Shown: in pieces, positions 61,666 to 64,000 of the stretch
Layout: each line of letters begins with the position of its first letter
Position numbering within the stretch: position 1 is the first letter of the stretch
NCBI GenBank assembly: GCA_038087875.1
Contig: CM075981.1
Location: 34,844,001-34,908,000, forward strand
Length of the DNA: 64,000 nt
DNA from: Malacoraja senta
Lineage: Eukaryota
Direction: 5' to 3'
Notes under the pieces: model-generated
Database searches by the model: none
Seen by the model: only the letters and a program-made list of their open reading frames with translations
What the model was told of the DNA's origin: nothing
Translations under genes and position numbers: made by a program

Positions 61666-62829
61666 CTATTGAAGATAAGAATGTAGTTTTAATTACCAAA
61701 TTGCTTCTTTCCCCATTTCTAGCTAATACTAATATAATGCTAGTGTTAGAAAGGCTGAAAAGTGCTGTTCTCCATCAAAGACAGCCTGACCTTACTGCTC
61801 TCAATTCAGAACTTCTCCTCCTACAAATTCTCTTTCCTCCCCAGTTCAGAATATTAAGAAAATGCTCCATCTATGATCAAGGTTCTAATAACTTCATTGA
61901 AATTTTTATTCTGCAATCGTGTCAAATTTTACATGCTATATAATCCTGCAAATTTTTTGGCACATTTTACCATGTTAAATGCAATGTACTGATGATGCCT
62001 TCCATTTATCCTTATCTGTTAAAGGAAAAATGTTTTAAGAAAAAAGGAGCACCCCCTTCAAAACATTTACAATGCTCACTCCTGTGCAACAATTCTATAT
62101 AAAACTGATCAAAAATCAAGCTATTGACACAGTATCTTTTTAATAGGCATTTTGATCAGGTAATTGTTAGTCAATTTTAGTCCAGTGAGATCTCTCAACC
62201 AGATAAATTAGCTAGATTATCTTTTTATTATTTTAATTAGTGGACAACATTCAGTAGGATAGCAATCTTGGTTGTTTTGTTTGTGTCATGTGAGGCTAAA
62301 GAGAAAATGAAAGAACAATGAGAAGTCTAAACAACATTATAGTATTTTGGTTAGGATAAGGAAAATAATACCAGCTGATACTATTAAATGATAGAAACCA
62401 ACATCTTTTAAGAGCAAAAAGAGACCAAACACACACCAAACTTTTTTTTTCTTGTTTATTACATTATTTATAGTGTACTATGTTTAATAGTGTTGCAAAT
62501 AAGAATTTCATTGTTCTATCTGGGACATATGACAATAAAACACTCTTGACAGTGAAACAAAGTAATGTTAAACTTGGCAAACGGAATTGCTGTCAGGGGA
62601 AATTAAGAAAATCCAAATATCTTCCTTAAGTATGGCAATTAAAATTAACGTTTAATTTCAAACAGAATTTCAATTATGCAACATTTTATTAAATCCCACG
62701 CTAAACCTCCCAGTTTATTCCTACACAATTCCAGTGGACTTTCCCTTACCCTGTAATTATACACTGGCAGGTCAGATTACAGAACTGGCTCCTGGAAACA
62801 TCAACACTCATTTATTGAGTTAGATCAAG

Positions 62830-63085
62830 GGCGGAACTGTGGCGCAGCGGTAGAATTGCTGCCCAACAACTCAAGAGACATGGGTTCAATCCTGACTACA
62901 GGAGTTGTCTTTACGGATTAACTTTCTTCCTAGGTACACAAAAATGCTGGAGAAACTCAGCGGGTGTAGCAGCATCTATGGAGCGAAGGAAATAGGCAAC
63001 GTTTCGGGCCGAAACCCTTCTTTAACTTTCTTCCTGTTCCTCCCACACTCCGGTACAATTGCCCCCCATGTGTGTAGGATCGTGT
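62830..63085 (+). mobile_element. HE1-type SINE interrupted by a Penelope terminal repeat (~62933-63022)
   Basis: A box tggcgcagcgg and B box ggttcaatcc; the SINE resumes after the insert. Confidence 0.7.
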
Positions 63086-63369
63086 CTGCTCTTGCAGGAA
63101 GAAATAAGGTTGCTAGTTTTGATTGCAGGTTGAAAGTTTGTGCGTACTATTTAAATAAAGGCACCTTTTTTTTTAAAAAGAAAGGAAAATGAAGCGTGCC
63201 CACCAAATGGTTTTCCGGAGCTGACGGGCAGAAACATTGTGAGGACGCGGTTGGGTTTAATGCCGACGGATAATCAACGCCATCGCGCTGTTCACAAGGG
63301 TGGGATGGATGGCGGACAACCCGCCCCGGTCGGCGTGGTCCATCTTCTGCCACATTTACTCTATGACAA

Positions 63370-63632
63370 GTGTAGGAAGGAACTGCAGATTCTGGTTTAC
63401 ACCGAAGATAGACACAAAATGGTGGAGTAACGCAGCGGGACAGGCAGCATCTCTAGAGAGAAGGAATGGGTGATGTTTCAGGTCGAGCCTTCTTCAGACA
63501 ATTGTCTCTCGTTTCCCTCTCCCCTGACACTCCGTCTGAAGAAGGGTCGCGACCCGAAACATCACCCATCCCCTTCTCTCCAGAGATGCCGCCTTCCCCG
63601 CGGAGTTACTCCACCATTTTGTGTCTTTATCT
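63370..63632. mobile_element. Penelope terminal-repeat fold-back in OARD1 intron 1
   Basis: Inverted arms; hammerhead-like core ctgaagaagggtcgcgacccgaaacatc at ~63537-63564. Confidence 0.75.
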
Positions 63633-63909
63633 TCTTGATCGGCGGCGACGGGGGTCACTACTTCGTGGTGCAAGGGAACGGGCTCCATCCAGTCCTGCCC
63701 AAAGGTATCGTGTGTGAACGAAGCTGTTGTGATTTTTATTTTATGTTCACAAAGGTTTTTTTTGGTTTTTTAAACGCGTCGAGGATTCCCGACCGAAGAT
63801 AAGACACAAAACATGCTGGAGTAACTCAGCGGGACAGGCAGCATCTGTGGAGAGAAGGGATGGGTGATGGTTGGGGTGGAGAGCCTTGGTCAGAGTCGGT
63901 GCTTCTTAC

Positions 63910-63919
63910 CTGACGACAT
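63910..63919 (-). CDS. OARD1: OARD1 first exon, coding part (ATG TCG TCA G)
   Basis: gcagagcaATG context and strong donor CAG|gtaaga; phase 1 joins the 50-nt exon in frame; CpG-rich surroundings; translation could instead start at a Met in the next exon. Confidence 0.6.
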
Positions 63920-64000
63920 TGCTCTGCTCTGCTCTGCGGTGCCAAGCAAAGATACTAGAGGAGCTCCGCTATATAATCTTTGGTGCCAGGAAGCCCGTCG

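Noticed and set aside
63147-63353. ORF MAEDGPRRPGR... as an OARD1 or NFYA exon
   Set aside because: GTG start, no recognisable homology and no compatible splice sites; a better exon chain exists.

Overview
Repeat-rich vertebrate genomic DNA. The HE1-type tRNA SINEs, CR1, Penelope and Rex1 elements point to a cartilaginous fish, probably a skate or ray (inference). Two host genes can be rebuilt by hand, facing each other as in mammals. APOBEC2 (+) has coding exons 20351-20463 and 31811-32345 and encodes 215 aa. OARD1/TARG1 (-) has six coding exons from 63919 down to 54288 and encodes 195 aa, about 33 aa longer at the C-terminus than the human protein as I recall it. Most of the rest is transposon-derived: three L1 copies, many CR1, L2 and Rex1/Babar fragments, many SINEs, Penelope-like elements (PLEs) and their short terminal repeats, a full-length decayed Tc1, a composite PIF/Harbinger-type MITE palindrome, and a possible Helitron. 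There is one 158-N gap. Best leads: (1) a 4.2-kb L1 flanked by a 1.2-kb, ~99% identical direct duplication that looks like a giant target-site duplication; (2) many minimal hammerhead-ribozyme motifs in PLE-derived repeats, including one in sense inside APOBEC2 intron 1, often in fold-back elements; (3) a 1-kb two-copy MITE palindrome with a single TSD; (4) a likely stop-loss extension of TARG1 that overlaps a candidate antisense splice acceptor. No searches or folding programs were run, so family names and coordinates come from reading by eye, and repeat boundaries are approximate. I found no convincing wholly new gene system.
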